Positions 1 to 10,732 of a stretch of 40,723 nt of DNA are shown piece after piece. Each line of letters opens with the position of its first letter. Position 1 is the stretch's first letter. The notes beneath the pieces were generated by a model. The model saw nothing but the letters and a program-made list of their open reading frames with translations, searched no databases and was not told where the DNA came from. Origin of the DNA: Perkinsus olseni (lineage: Eukaryota); contig JABANN010000308.1 of assembly GCA_013115125.1 (NCBI GenBank), forward strand, positions 1 through 40,723, given 5' to 3'. The translations under genes were made by a program, and so were the position numbers.

Positions 1-59
<59 letters not shown>

Positions 60-72
60 GAGTAGTAGTAGT
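1..72. repeat. (AGT)n/(TAC)n microsatellite, about 24 units, inside a Vps34 intron
   Basis: Near-perfect AGT run with one interruption near 60. On the minus strand it follows the donor GTACTAC right after the exon ending ...LLQLTLALR. Confidence 0.95.
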
Positions 73-2015
73 ACCGTAATGCAAGAGTAAGCTGTAGGAG
101 ATAGAGCGATAGGGTAGCATCATCAGTTGAGGTGGCCTCTACACGTGAGACAGCATAATACCATACAGGAGGGGGTGGTGGCCTTAGGATGGCCACAGCG
201 CCAGGAGTCTCTACTGGAGCTGCTGGAGTTGGGGTGAGCAAACATAGTGCGTCATCAAAGCCTAGCGGTGCCCAGGCATCGAGTAGTGATTGGGCCTCTG
301 TAACCTCCTCTGGATCATTCCAATCAACTGCTTGCATTACCCGTTGTAGTGCTTCCGGCTGCTTACTCAAACCCCAACAGTACCTGCCATTACGTCCTTA
401 CAGCACCACCATCTACGCATTAGAACTCTCAAACCACTGGCGGACTGACCTCAGTAAAAGATGCTTCTGGCCAAGAGTGAGAGGTTGTGAGATGACAGGT
501 AGACGCACTAGACGAGTGAGAGCTCTATTCTCCTCAGCTGAGGGCCGTGGGGCGGTAGCTATAGCCGCGGCTACATTCCCCTGCCCTTTAGGTAGATGTG
601 GTAGTCTACTTGTATACTTCCTTGATAGTTTATCAGCCTTAATAGCACTAGGATGGATACGATGAGCCTCATAATCCACAACAGGCATAAAGTGGACGAA
701 GGAGGCACCACTGAGGAGGCCACTAGATTGAATAGCTAGCATCTGAGCCGTCTTAGGCTCCACACCATCAACAACGCCATCAACAGCAGTAGGCCGCGGC
801 ACGTCATTAATACCGTCTCTAGGGGCTAGAATCCAAGGCACGTTGGTCTGAGCAGGGAAAGTGGGAGTGGGAAGCCGCTTAGATAAGGCTGCCGTGAGCA
901 GTGTCGTCCTAACAGGCTCCTTGGGCCTGACCGAGGAGTAGAGTACGGGGGCCTCCGTCCGGGGATTCAGTTCTACGATGATATATCTGTGCCCACTCTG
1001 GGATAGGGCATGTATAACAGCTTCATCAGGTGGTGGGGAGGGGATAGTGCCAATACCCCTAGCTGCACACTCAGCCTCATAGTCCGCCACTAACGCCTCC
1101 TTCACATCATCATTCCCCTCCTCTTGGAATATCCTATTATTGGAGTTCTCGATAAGGGATATGGACTCATCAGGGGCGGCAGCAATGGCGGAGGCATAAG
1201 CATGATAGCGTTTCAGGATATCCCACTGACCGGTACTCAGTGTACCGCTTCCCTCCTCTCCTGATGCACGGCCTCCCCCTCCCTGTAGCTGCATAATTCT
1301 ACGCCCTTGTCTAAGTACTCCACGAGCCTCCGTGAATACTGGTAGTACGCATTTTCCAACACATTCAAAGTGGTGGCTAACACGATAGACGGTGAGTACT
1401 ATCGTAGCAGTGGAAGGTAGCTCGCGTATCTGTAACGTGGAACGAGCATGGGGACGATTGAAGATCGGAACCTTAGGCTATTATTACAGGATAGGTTGTA
1501 CCAAGCGTTAGCTCATCTCGTCGAGGTTGGGTATGGGCAGCTGACCAACATTCCTGTACCTCAGCCGGGGTGGATACCGTTTGCAATGGTGCACCATAGG
1601 TACTTCTAGTGCACACTACTTTACCGTCTACGATTAATTCCATCGTCACATTACACCTAACATCATCATCGTCATCACCAACATACCACTCCAATCGCTA
1701 CACCCGTCTACTACTACTACCACATCGTAGCTTCCGACATACTGTGCATCACTCCACATACAGTAAGGGATAGATACAAGGGGACGTCGCAAGAGTACCT
1801 ACGATGAGGTGTTCCACTGGGTTAATACACTGAGCTGCACCATACTACATGAATTTGCACACTTGGCCTCCCCCTCCTCCACTACTGCTGCTGGAGGTCA
1901 ATGGGGCAATGGGCACATCAGCAACGGTTGGATTAGCCCTACCGCCGAGCGATGATGATGGTGAGGCTGCCCGGTGAGCCCCATAGCGCTGTCCTGATTG
2001 TTCGGAGGTCATCAT
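1..2015 (-). CDS. VPS34: Class III phosphatidylinositol 3-kinase, 5' part (C2 and helical domains); multi-exon, continues beyond the left edge
   Basis: Spliced translation gives KFMYSCDVPLYLSLTV (Vps34 N-terminal YSCD motif), C2-like IRELPSTATIVLTVY...CVLPVFTEARGVLRQGRRIMQL, and helical-domain EALQRVMQAVDWNDPEEVTEAQSLLDAWAPLGFDDALCLL...YAVSRVEATSTDDATLSLYLLQLTLALR. ATG at 2015. The kinase domain is outside the window. Confidence 0.88.
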
Positions 2016-2366
2016 TTGGAGTCAGCTAGGGAGGGTATAAGCATCTCACTGCAGGGACTGTACTCCAAGTTATAATAATGCCACACCATGGAGGTGCCCA
2101 AGGCTAGATACTTTCCAACTCAATGCAATGAGAGATGTATAAGAGAAATCTGGATAAACAGTCGAAGTGGTGACAATGGGGTGTAGGCCAACGATCGCTA
2201 CTACTACGACGACGAGGATGACTCCCAGCATCATTATAACAGCGAGCTAGCGTAGTAACTCTAGGAAAACGATGATTCCACTATCAAGTCCCCTTCAAAG
2301 ACTATTCGTCCAGGACATCATCGAGGGTGGCAAGTTGTTATAATGATGATGAGGATGAGCAATAGT

Positions 2367-3571
2367 CTAATGGCTCTTGGCCGCCTCTGCCTCCTCACGA
2401 GCCTTCTTCCTCATGGCCGCTTTATTAATCTTAACATGAATCTTCTGTATCTGTTGTAACCTAAAATGGACCAGCACGATACACCGCACTTCGGCAAGCC
2501 ATGCTGCTGCACTACCTCAGACGCTCAGGGACTAGACGAGTCGCAGCCCAAAATTGTAGATGGTGGGCCCAGTGAGTAGCGGTCCAAGTATAGCCGGCCT
2601 GGTCGGGGAAAGACAGCTGACGGAGAACAGTATCAGCGCATCTGCAAAGGAGAGAGGGACGCATGTAATACATACAGCGAGACTGTAGCATTACGTCATA
2701 GGGGAGGTGATAAGCCAAGTCTCCTTCTTCAGCTTGCTCATGTTACTCATAACATACCCAGGATTGACGGCAAGGAAGTCAATGCCCTTAGCCTTGTACT
2801 CCTCATACAGGGATAGACTGAAGGAGTAGGCATAGGCCTTGCTAGCACTATAAGGTGCCAACATAGGAGCACCCAGAGGGCCAAACATAGATCCAAAGGA
2901 CAACACAGCTCCACCATTGTTCCTCTTCACCATTTGAGGGAGTAACGCCTTAGTGATAAAAGTATTGGCACGGATATTGACGTTAATAATATCGTCAACA
3001 ACCTTATCCGTATGATCGGTGAAGAACTGGGGGAAGGGATTATTAACGCCAACATTGTTGACGAGTAGGCAAAGGTCGATACCCTCACAGGCCTTCACAA
3101 GGCCAGGTAGCCACTTCTCGGTAGGGGTGGCGAAGTCGCAAACGACGGTAATAATCTGATGACGATGAAGGTAGTGTTAAAGTCCACAGTGCGGATAGTT
3201 TCTTGAATACTACCTCGGCTGGGCCCTTCCCCTTGGCTTTGACGTCATCGCGGATCTGCTTCGCACAATCCTCCAACTTACTCTCACTACGAGCAGCAAG
3301 GACTACTCCGAACCCCCGCAAGGCAAGAGTATGAGCGAAACCAAAACCAATACCACCGGTGGCACCAGTAACCTACAAGGTACATCATTACACATAGGAG
3401 CAACGAGAGTAGTATTACCAATGCAAAGGGTCGTTTACCAGGCTCTTCGTATTTCCTCCTTAGCTGCTCTGGTGGAGGCAGCATGAAGTAGAATCGTATC
3501 CAGCATGCCAGCTGATATACTTTGGTAGCGACGAACACGGCGCCGACTAGAAATAGGATGGTACTGATCAT
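2367..3571 (-). CDS. Very-long-chain 3-oxoacyl-CoA reductase (KAR/17-beta-HSD12-like SDR), multi-exon
   Basis: N-terminal TM segment; LVTGATGGIGFGFA Rossmann motif; LLVNNVGVN; catalytic YSASK; NPGYVMSNMSK; basic C-terminus ...AAMRKKAREEAEAAKSH*. Confidence 0.9.
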
Positions 3572-3698
3572 GGTTATCAATCCCAAAGCAGCTGCCGAAC
3601 ACTGATGGGTTTGCGATGATCAATTGTGACGCCTACGATGCTGGGTCAGCGTGCTCGGGACACTTCTCGCGCACGCCCAAACAATCGACATTTTTGGC

Positions 3699-4375
3699 AT
3701 GTGGTCCGTAAGGAGAGGGGTTAGGAGGGGCCGCGGTCGTCTATCTCTGATCTGTAGAAGAGCTTTCAGTGCCAGGCCTGTGGATCCATGGGAAGAGGTA
3801 TGCCCGCACCATCTTTTAATTGAGCTTAGGGTTGGTGGTAACGTCAGGTTGAGGCGCATCGTCCCCGCGTACCCACCTTGCATGGTTATCGACGGCCCGC
3901 TGCGGCACCACAGAATCAGACAGACATACCACGGGAGGATTTCCATAAGTTTATGAGGTTCTCTGTCCCTCCCCCTTTTATGATCTCCTGTTAGAATGTA
4001 CTGCTATTCAGGGGCCGTCCGCGAAGGTTTCCTGACGAATTAGCTCATTTCCTCTTTACGTGGGCCATTATAATCTTCATGGTTTGTAAGTACTGTGTTT
4101 GGTGACTGTCTCTCATTGAGGCTCTTAGGTTTGACAGCAGGAACGATGTACAAGCTCAGACCGGACGATTTTGATTGGATTGAGCAGGAGAGGTAGTAGT
4201 AGTGTTCGTGGTGGTGGTGGTGGCAGTGATACATGATCGTCCTGTATGGTATAGATCGAAGGCAGAGGCAGCCAAGGCCCGTCTTGATAAACGATTGGAG
4301 GCTCAGAAGACCGCTGCCAGAGCGATACAAGAGGGGCAAGTGCTTGGTGGTACGTCGAGTACTGATGATAAGTGA
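3699..4375 (+). CDS. 155-aa predicted mitochondrial single-pass membrane protein, Coa3-like
   Basis: Five exons (3699-3797, 3848-3957, 4012-4085, 4129-4192, 4255-4375) joined by GT-AG introns give one open frame. It has an Arg-rich presequence MWSVRRGVRRGRGRLSLICRRAFS, a TM segment FLFTWAIIIFMVCLTAGTMY, then KLRPDDFDWIEQERSKAEAAKARL (coiled coil). The Coa3 assignment is inference. Confidence 0.75.
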
Positions 4376-4663
4376 AAGATAGTCTTAAACATGTTTCATC
4401 CTTTACAACATGCTTATGTTGGTGTTAAAGGCTCAATCGGGTACGGGTAATAATGATCCGGCAAGCGCTCGCGGAGTACGGCTCACAATTACATTCATCA
4501 AATACTGCCCCCCCCACACAACACCATTGTGGTGGCTGTAAGTTTATGAAAACTACTAGAGAGCGTCACCATCACCTCCCTCTTCTCGATCCAGTGCGCT
4601 GGTCTCCCTTTCTCTGAGATATCTAACAGGGAGGATAGTCTGGTGGTACTCCTCTTGTTCTGA

Positions 4664-5111
4664 TCAGTACTCGGCAATATCGTTCTGTAATTGGAATATC
4701 CTCTGCATCCTTTTATCTTCAGCAGAGGGATCTCGATGTACCTTAGCATGATGTCACCTGCCGCCAAGAGCAGTTCGTTTGGCTTCCCACCTTCATGCTT
4801 AGGACCTCACCTACTACGAGCTGATCTGGCAAGAGTGATAGGGGTAGCTCCACTGATTGATGATCATACCTACACACGAATCATGGACAGCCAGCTGTGA
4901 GTTTATGCTACGTTATAAGCGTTGCAATGCCGTCCTCAAGATCGACTCGACCAACGAAGAATCGATTCTTAGCTGAAGGGGATGTGTGGCGACAGAGAGG
5001 AGCTTGACAATACCCACCTTGCATCGATACGAATGGGAGGTCGTCATCAGCACTAGCGTCTATAGTTGACTGAGCCGGAGATGTCCTTATGATTGAACTC
5101 GATATGGACAT
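4664..5111 (-). CDS. About 103-aa protein consisting of a single Chs5-N/DUF3006-like domain
   Basis: Exons 5111-5018, 4972-4912, 4869-4791 and 4741-4664 (GT-AG introns of 45, 42 and 49 nt) give ...MQAKNRFFVGRVDLEDGIATLITYDHQSVELPLSLLPDQLVVGEVLSMKVHRDPSAEDKRMQRIFQLQNDIAEY*. The start codon is uncertain. Confidence 0.72.
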
Positions 5112-5221
5112 GAGGAGATCGCTTACCAAAGCATTCTCTGCTAAATCATGATATAACAAAAACACAACCTCAAGTTGGTAGGTAATTTTACACATGATTT
5201 AAGAGATATCACGTACATGAC

Positions 5222-6322
5222 TTAGCCGACCACACCGTCATCATCCATGCCCCCATCCACACCCATTCTCTTCATCGGTGTATCATCTTCTCTCCTCTCC
5301 TCGGCATGCAACCAGCACACCATCAGAGACGCCGGTAGACACCAGTGCATCACGCCAGTGGTATTGGTATCAGAGGAATCATGCTGCTGCTGTTCACTGT
5401 CTTCTCGAGCAGGTGGAGGGGATGATGATGATGCGGGAATCATGATCGATCTGACGGACTACTGACCATTAGCTATCGTATGGCGATGTCGAGGAGGCTA
5501 CCGTGGATCCAGAAGTCCCTCATCGATCCTGTTGAGTACACGTGTAGTTAGTGTACGGAATACTTCCTGTACACCTTCGCCTGTAGCTGCTGAAGTCTCC
5601 ATGAACAATACTGAGTTCTCCTGGGCAAAGCGGCTCGCTTCAAGGAAGGATACCTACCACTCATTCGGAAGATACCACTGGAAGCATTGCCGACCTCCCG
5701 TTGATCAGGCCCTAAGTCTTTCTTATTCCCTAATATCACCACCGACAAGTCATCTTGACCTGTCTGATTGCGGGCATCTTGGAGCCATCCTGGTAGATGA
5801 TTGTAGCTCTCTCTTGATGTTATATCATACAATAGTACTACACCTGCTGCCCCTCTATAATAGCTCCTAGTTACAGTACGGTACCTGCAGCAGCGGCGGC
5901 AGCAGCAGCTGTTTCAGAGGAGTCTGTACGAGTCCTTCACCGAGAAGTAACCCACAATCTTGCCATATATTCATGGCGCTCGTTTATTACCGTTGTTGGC
6001 CCGCTGTATCCCATATTTGAAGCTTAACTCTCTTGCTGTTGACCTTAATGACTTTGCTAGCGAATTCAACACCGATAGTGTGTTCGGATTCGTCGCTGAA
6101 TACCCCTTCAAGGAACTGTCTTATTATGCATGACTTCCCTGATCCAGCATCCCCTATAATGATGATCTTCAATCTAATATCGTATTCATGATCTCTCTGT
6201 CTTGGTTGCCCTCCCATTGGAGTAGAGAGTGAAGCAGCGGCCATCGCCATCTGGGAGGGCTCACTCAATGTCATAGATGTTGATGATGTTATTGAGGTAT
6301 CCAAGGTAGCATGCCTCATCAA
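5222..6322 (-). CDS. RAB4: Rab4-family small GTPase, multi-exon; start and C-terminus uncertain
   Basis: [10 protein letters not shown]-loop; [40 protein letters not shown]; and the Rab4-diagnostic [14 protein letters not shown]...ETSA...[12 protein letters not shown]. Confidence 0.85.
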
Positions 6323-6472
6323 AAGGGAGAAGAACGACTGTTAGGCTGTTACCTACTAACTCGATGCCCCACGCTGATTCACCGATTCAAAACTGCTACT
6401 AATACTGTGATATCAGAAACCAGCATGATGAAACACGATAATGGCACGAGGCATGGGCCGGCGCTCCTGTCG

Positions 6473-8121
6473 TTACTCCTCTTCAACAGCCCTTCTCTCG
6501 GGTATACCCGCTTTTCGACGGAATTCCCTCAGCTTAGCATCGAACTTTCTCTCACTAACCCCTTCCGATTTATACACATCTTCCTAAGAGGCTCATCGAT
6601 GACAAGTCATCCTCCTCCACCGTAAGTGCACTGGTGACTACATGTTGTAATTTGCCTTCCTCTCTGCGTTGCTTTTCCCTAAGCCAATAGCTATAGTCCA
6701 ACTCTGGAGCTATCTTCGTGCTCAGGACCTGCAAGGGTGATCACCAGTTCCTCACCAGCAACTGAGTAAGAGTTCACCTGTAACATCGCATCAGCTCGTT
6801 GTTGCGACACCCTCGGCTTCGGTGATGTTGGATCTACGTCGCAACAGCAACTGGGATTGCCAGGAGTCGTTCAAGAACCCACCTGTTCGATACGCATGTG
6901 GTTGAGGTACAGCAAGCCTACTAAGCCGATACACTAGCCATTGTACAGGGTCCATGATAGGGAAGGTATGATATACCTTAGGGACCCAGTCGTACCTGGC
7001 AAGAAACTAACGCCATAGGAAAGACGGAGTTATGAGCCTCTTACGGTGCAACACACATGACTTCAGCTCGGCACACTGCCTTGACCATCTCTGCTTGTTT
7101 CTTCCTAGAGAGCATGGTTACTCGTCTCGGGTGTATGTATCCATTCTGTGCTCTGAAGGGATACATTCAATACGCTGCAACGGCTCCATGATGGAAGATG
7201 TGACCTATAGTGCTGAAGAACATCCACGTTCCGCCAATGCATCTGCTCTCTAGCAAGCTGCTTCTGCAGAGGCGACGGCTCCCAAAAACTAACAGGTTTG
7301 GAATATACACCAACTTATCGAATCTAGAATACAGAGTGACATCTACCTCTGCTCCATTTTATGTGGTTTTGGTATCTCCTCCGCAGGTCCACGATTGAGC
7401 CACTTCCTATATTGTTTAGAATAAGAATCATATCTCAGTTTGAACTGTAGTAGGCTCTTCCTTATAGCCACTCTAGTCCTCTTAGCTTCAGCTGCGGACG
7501 CTACTCTTGCATACTCTTCAAAATCAGCAAGCAACTTATCTAACAACATCACGCGAAGACATATCCACCTCCCGAGCTGCTACGCGTGATAGCACGATTA
7601 CCCTTAGTATGATCCAGTTGTGTAACGAACGGATCCCAATAGGGGTCTATTTTATGCTGTCTTTGTGCCACACGCCACTCCCTTTTCTGTGGCGTTTCAT
7701 CATCATTAAATTCGTCCAGTCGATAGAATAGTTTTCGCGTTAACTCAGTCTCCTCCTGCGTCAGCTTCTCAATAGCTATGGCTGGTCGTGTATGTATGTC
7801 AGGATCCGTGTCGCAACGACTCTTCCGTATCTACATGAAACCTCGCCATGTGATGACAGAATAGCCATTGTCCCCTACCTCATCAAGACATTCCAGGAAC
7901 AGTGCTTCACTCGTTGCCCTCTTGCTGACTTTAGTATCCGAAGCAGCAGCAGCAGCAGCTGACGATGACGTCGGAACATCAGTCTGACCAGAGCCCTGCT
8001 TCCATGGACCCTCTCTCCTTGATGTAAACAATCGGCGAGGCTTCAATGGTGGTACTAGGGCAGCTGCGATGTTGACGATAGGGCCACACGATGAAGAGCC
8101 ATTGAAGCGGCCTAGTATCAT
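6473..8121 (-). CDS. Mitochondrial ribosomal protein S18 (bS18m) with long N- and C-terminal extensions, multi-exon
   Basis: Spliced core QMHWRNVDVLQHYRAQNGYIHPRRVTMLSRKKQAEMVKAVCRAEVMCVAPY fits the bS18 pattern (YKNVDLL..F....GKILPRR.TG...K.QR....AI.RAR..AL.PY). The N-terminus is presequence-like (PRRLFTSRR). Alternative ATG at 8166. Confidence 0.75.
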
Positions 8122-8184
8122 ACTGATCACACTCCCATCAGAGGTTGTAAGATCCAACAAACTCATGAGATGCCTCCAGTGAAA

Positions 8185-10637
8185 CTAGACGGGGTGGGGA
8201 CCATCATCATTGAGTTGCTGCCCCGGTATCCCAGCAGTCCCTTGGTAATCATCACTCGTACACATCGATACGGAGCGAGTTCCACTGGCGTTGTCATCGC
8301 CATCAGCAGCAACAACATCGATATCGCTACTTAATTGTTGTTCAGCGGCCTCCGTTTCTACAGCCGCCGTCGCAGGGGAAGGCTCGGACTCTATGCCTAT
8401 AATGATACTTCTGATGTTAGACCACTTCGACAATGCTGATTGAGTGAACGTATGCTCGCTACCACACAATACCTAACAATAGGAAAAATGAGGCTTCCAG
8501 TGAAGGCTGTAAACCATACCGTTAACATGTAGAAAGAGCGCTCGTATAAAGCGAGCATTTGATTGCAAGCGGCCTTGGTGATGAGAGATGCTGAGGTAGC
8601 ACCAATGAGGTTGAGGTAGGTGTCAGCTATCTCCTCGAAGCACCATGCGTAAGAGTAGTTAGCAAGAGGTGTTACTCGAGACAGGAATCTACTATCCAAG
8701 ATAGGCACACTAATACTACGAACAATGTGGTGGTGGTACTACTCAGCCTTATCCTTTTGATGAGCCGCCGCCCCCAGCCAGTCGGACTTCTCTCTGCATA
8801 TTGCAGCCAGCCATACATCCATTTGATGTAGTATCCAATGGCACCCTCTCGAGAAAACCTTCGCCCCTTCAGAATATACTAATTGGATATCAGCCTCATC
8901 GTCAGCTTCGGTGACAGCAAGGCGTTCATCATACCTTACGATAAACACCATCACCCTAGCCCGAGCACTCCCAACAACTACTGTCGCTCGAGATCCTCCA
9001 GCTCCTCCATATCAGATTCATTCAATCGTGTTCTACAGAATGTACAGGGTGACGTACACCAACAATGCTTGGATGCCCGGCAGTCACCACTGATAGGTGA
9101 GGATCCATCCTATCATGATGAGCTGTGATGTTACGAGGCAGGCCATTACCTCAACTCACCTTCCATTCTGTACAAGGGTACACTACTCCCGTATGGCACT
9201 GAGTACATCTAAAACCTCTAGCGTAGTCGACAGGCTCGTCACATCGATGACAGTGGCATGTGAATAACCACCCTGGGCCATTGAAACGATCTTTTCTCAC
9301 AGCGAGGGGTAGCTTGGGCGCCCACCTTGAAGCCGTTGTCTGCGTATGTTCGTACTCTTGAAAAGCTCCTCATCTCCAATATAGGATATGGTGAGCTCAT
9401 CACCAGGCTCGATAGGTACTCTCGCTCTTAATACGAACGAGTCGTTAGGGCCGTAGTGCCAACAACAGGTAGCCTAATGGACTACAGTGTACTGCCCCGA
9501 TAAATGAAGCGGTTACTGATTCATACCTCACAGGAGTGGCTGAGCATCGATATCTTGTCATACATGATGAGTCCATCAGCTACAGTGTGATGGCCAAATG
9601 AGTTGAACCTGCGAAGAATGAGAAGCATCGGGTGTACGTATCTTGTAATAGTAGCAAAACAGCAGCGTGTAAGATTGAGTACCAGTACTACTACTACCTC
9701 CATATGAGCAATAGATGAACATAGTCACGAGTATCTAGTTGTATCAACTTCCACATCCATACTTCCCTCTCATCCTTTGGTATGGCTTCCACGTGACCAT
9801 GTACCAGTGTATGGAGCATATGTTGACAGTTCGGATAGTTGCTTGATGGCTCGCCTTGAGATTCTGTAAGAGAGAGCACATAGTTTGTAGACAAGTAGCC
9901 GTGGTGTTGTGTACCATTAGTAGGAGCATCAACTGGAGGGGCCCATTTATCATAACAGCGAACTAGTTTATCCTCATGCAGGAAGAGTAGTGATGATAAT
10001 GCTGCCATATGCCATACGATAGGGAGCTCTAAGGCAGAATAGTAGCCAAGCCAAGGAGTGGGCCATTCCCCTAGTACTACCCAGAGATACCGAGGCTTCC
10101 TCTTCCTTCAACCACTCGTACAAAATCTGATGTTAAAACGTAAAGATAGATTGTGGATAGGATATTGAGTGCTCACTGGGCAAGTGTCTGGTGTAACTAT
10201 TTGAAGGGGTGACTCCGCAAAAACGATTTCTCCAGGATGTATAACATCATCCTCATCCATACGACTAAACATGCATCTGCCCTTGTCTGTGGTGTCCCTT
10301 ACCTGAGCATAACCTCATAGCAGGCTAGTAGCAACAACATTGTTATGACCTCAACTCTCGCTGCTATCCGGGCATCACTCCAATCCTCCCCACACACGGG
10401 CTCAGTGGAGTCCGGAGTCGCATGGACGGCAGTATTAGAGGACCCCTCCCCAACATCTCCTGGTGTCTCTTCATCAAGATCACGCATAATAGATTCTGTT
10501 TGATTGTGTGAAGATGATGTAGATTGACTCCGATGTTGGTGATGATAAGGCTCCTCAGTGCAATGCTGTGATGTGACTGTTGAATGGTTGGAGTCTGTAA
10601 GGGTGTCCGGCGGTGGAGGAGGAGCCATTGAGGGCAT
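8185..10637 (-). CDS. SMYD-type SET-domain lysine methyltransferase, multi-exon
   Basis: KGRCMFS...IHPGEIVFAESP; RFNSFG; SMLSHSCEATCCWHYG; LRARVPIEPGDELTISYI; post-SET GWLFTCHCHRC followed by FRCTQC; helical C-terminal region. Confidence 0.88.
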
Positions 10638-10732
10638 CGACAGAAAACATCCTCAGTAGGTAGTGATATGTGACGGTTATGACTACAATACAACCCCATA
10701 ACAGTGGACACAGGAAACAACATGTAGGAGTA

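Noticed and set aside
1-72. Terminal repeat as a telomere
   Set aside because: The unit is AGT, not a G-rich telomeric repeat, and it lies in an intron of a gene that continues past the edge.
189-665. 158-aa + strand ORF and many similar 60-130-aa ORFs
   Set aside because: They overlap exons of well-supported genes on the opposite strand or in another frame.
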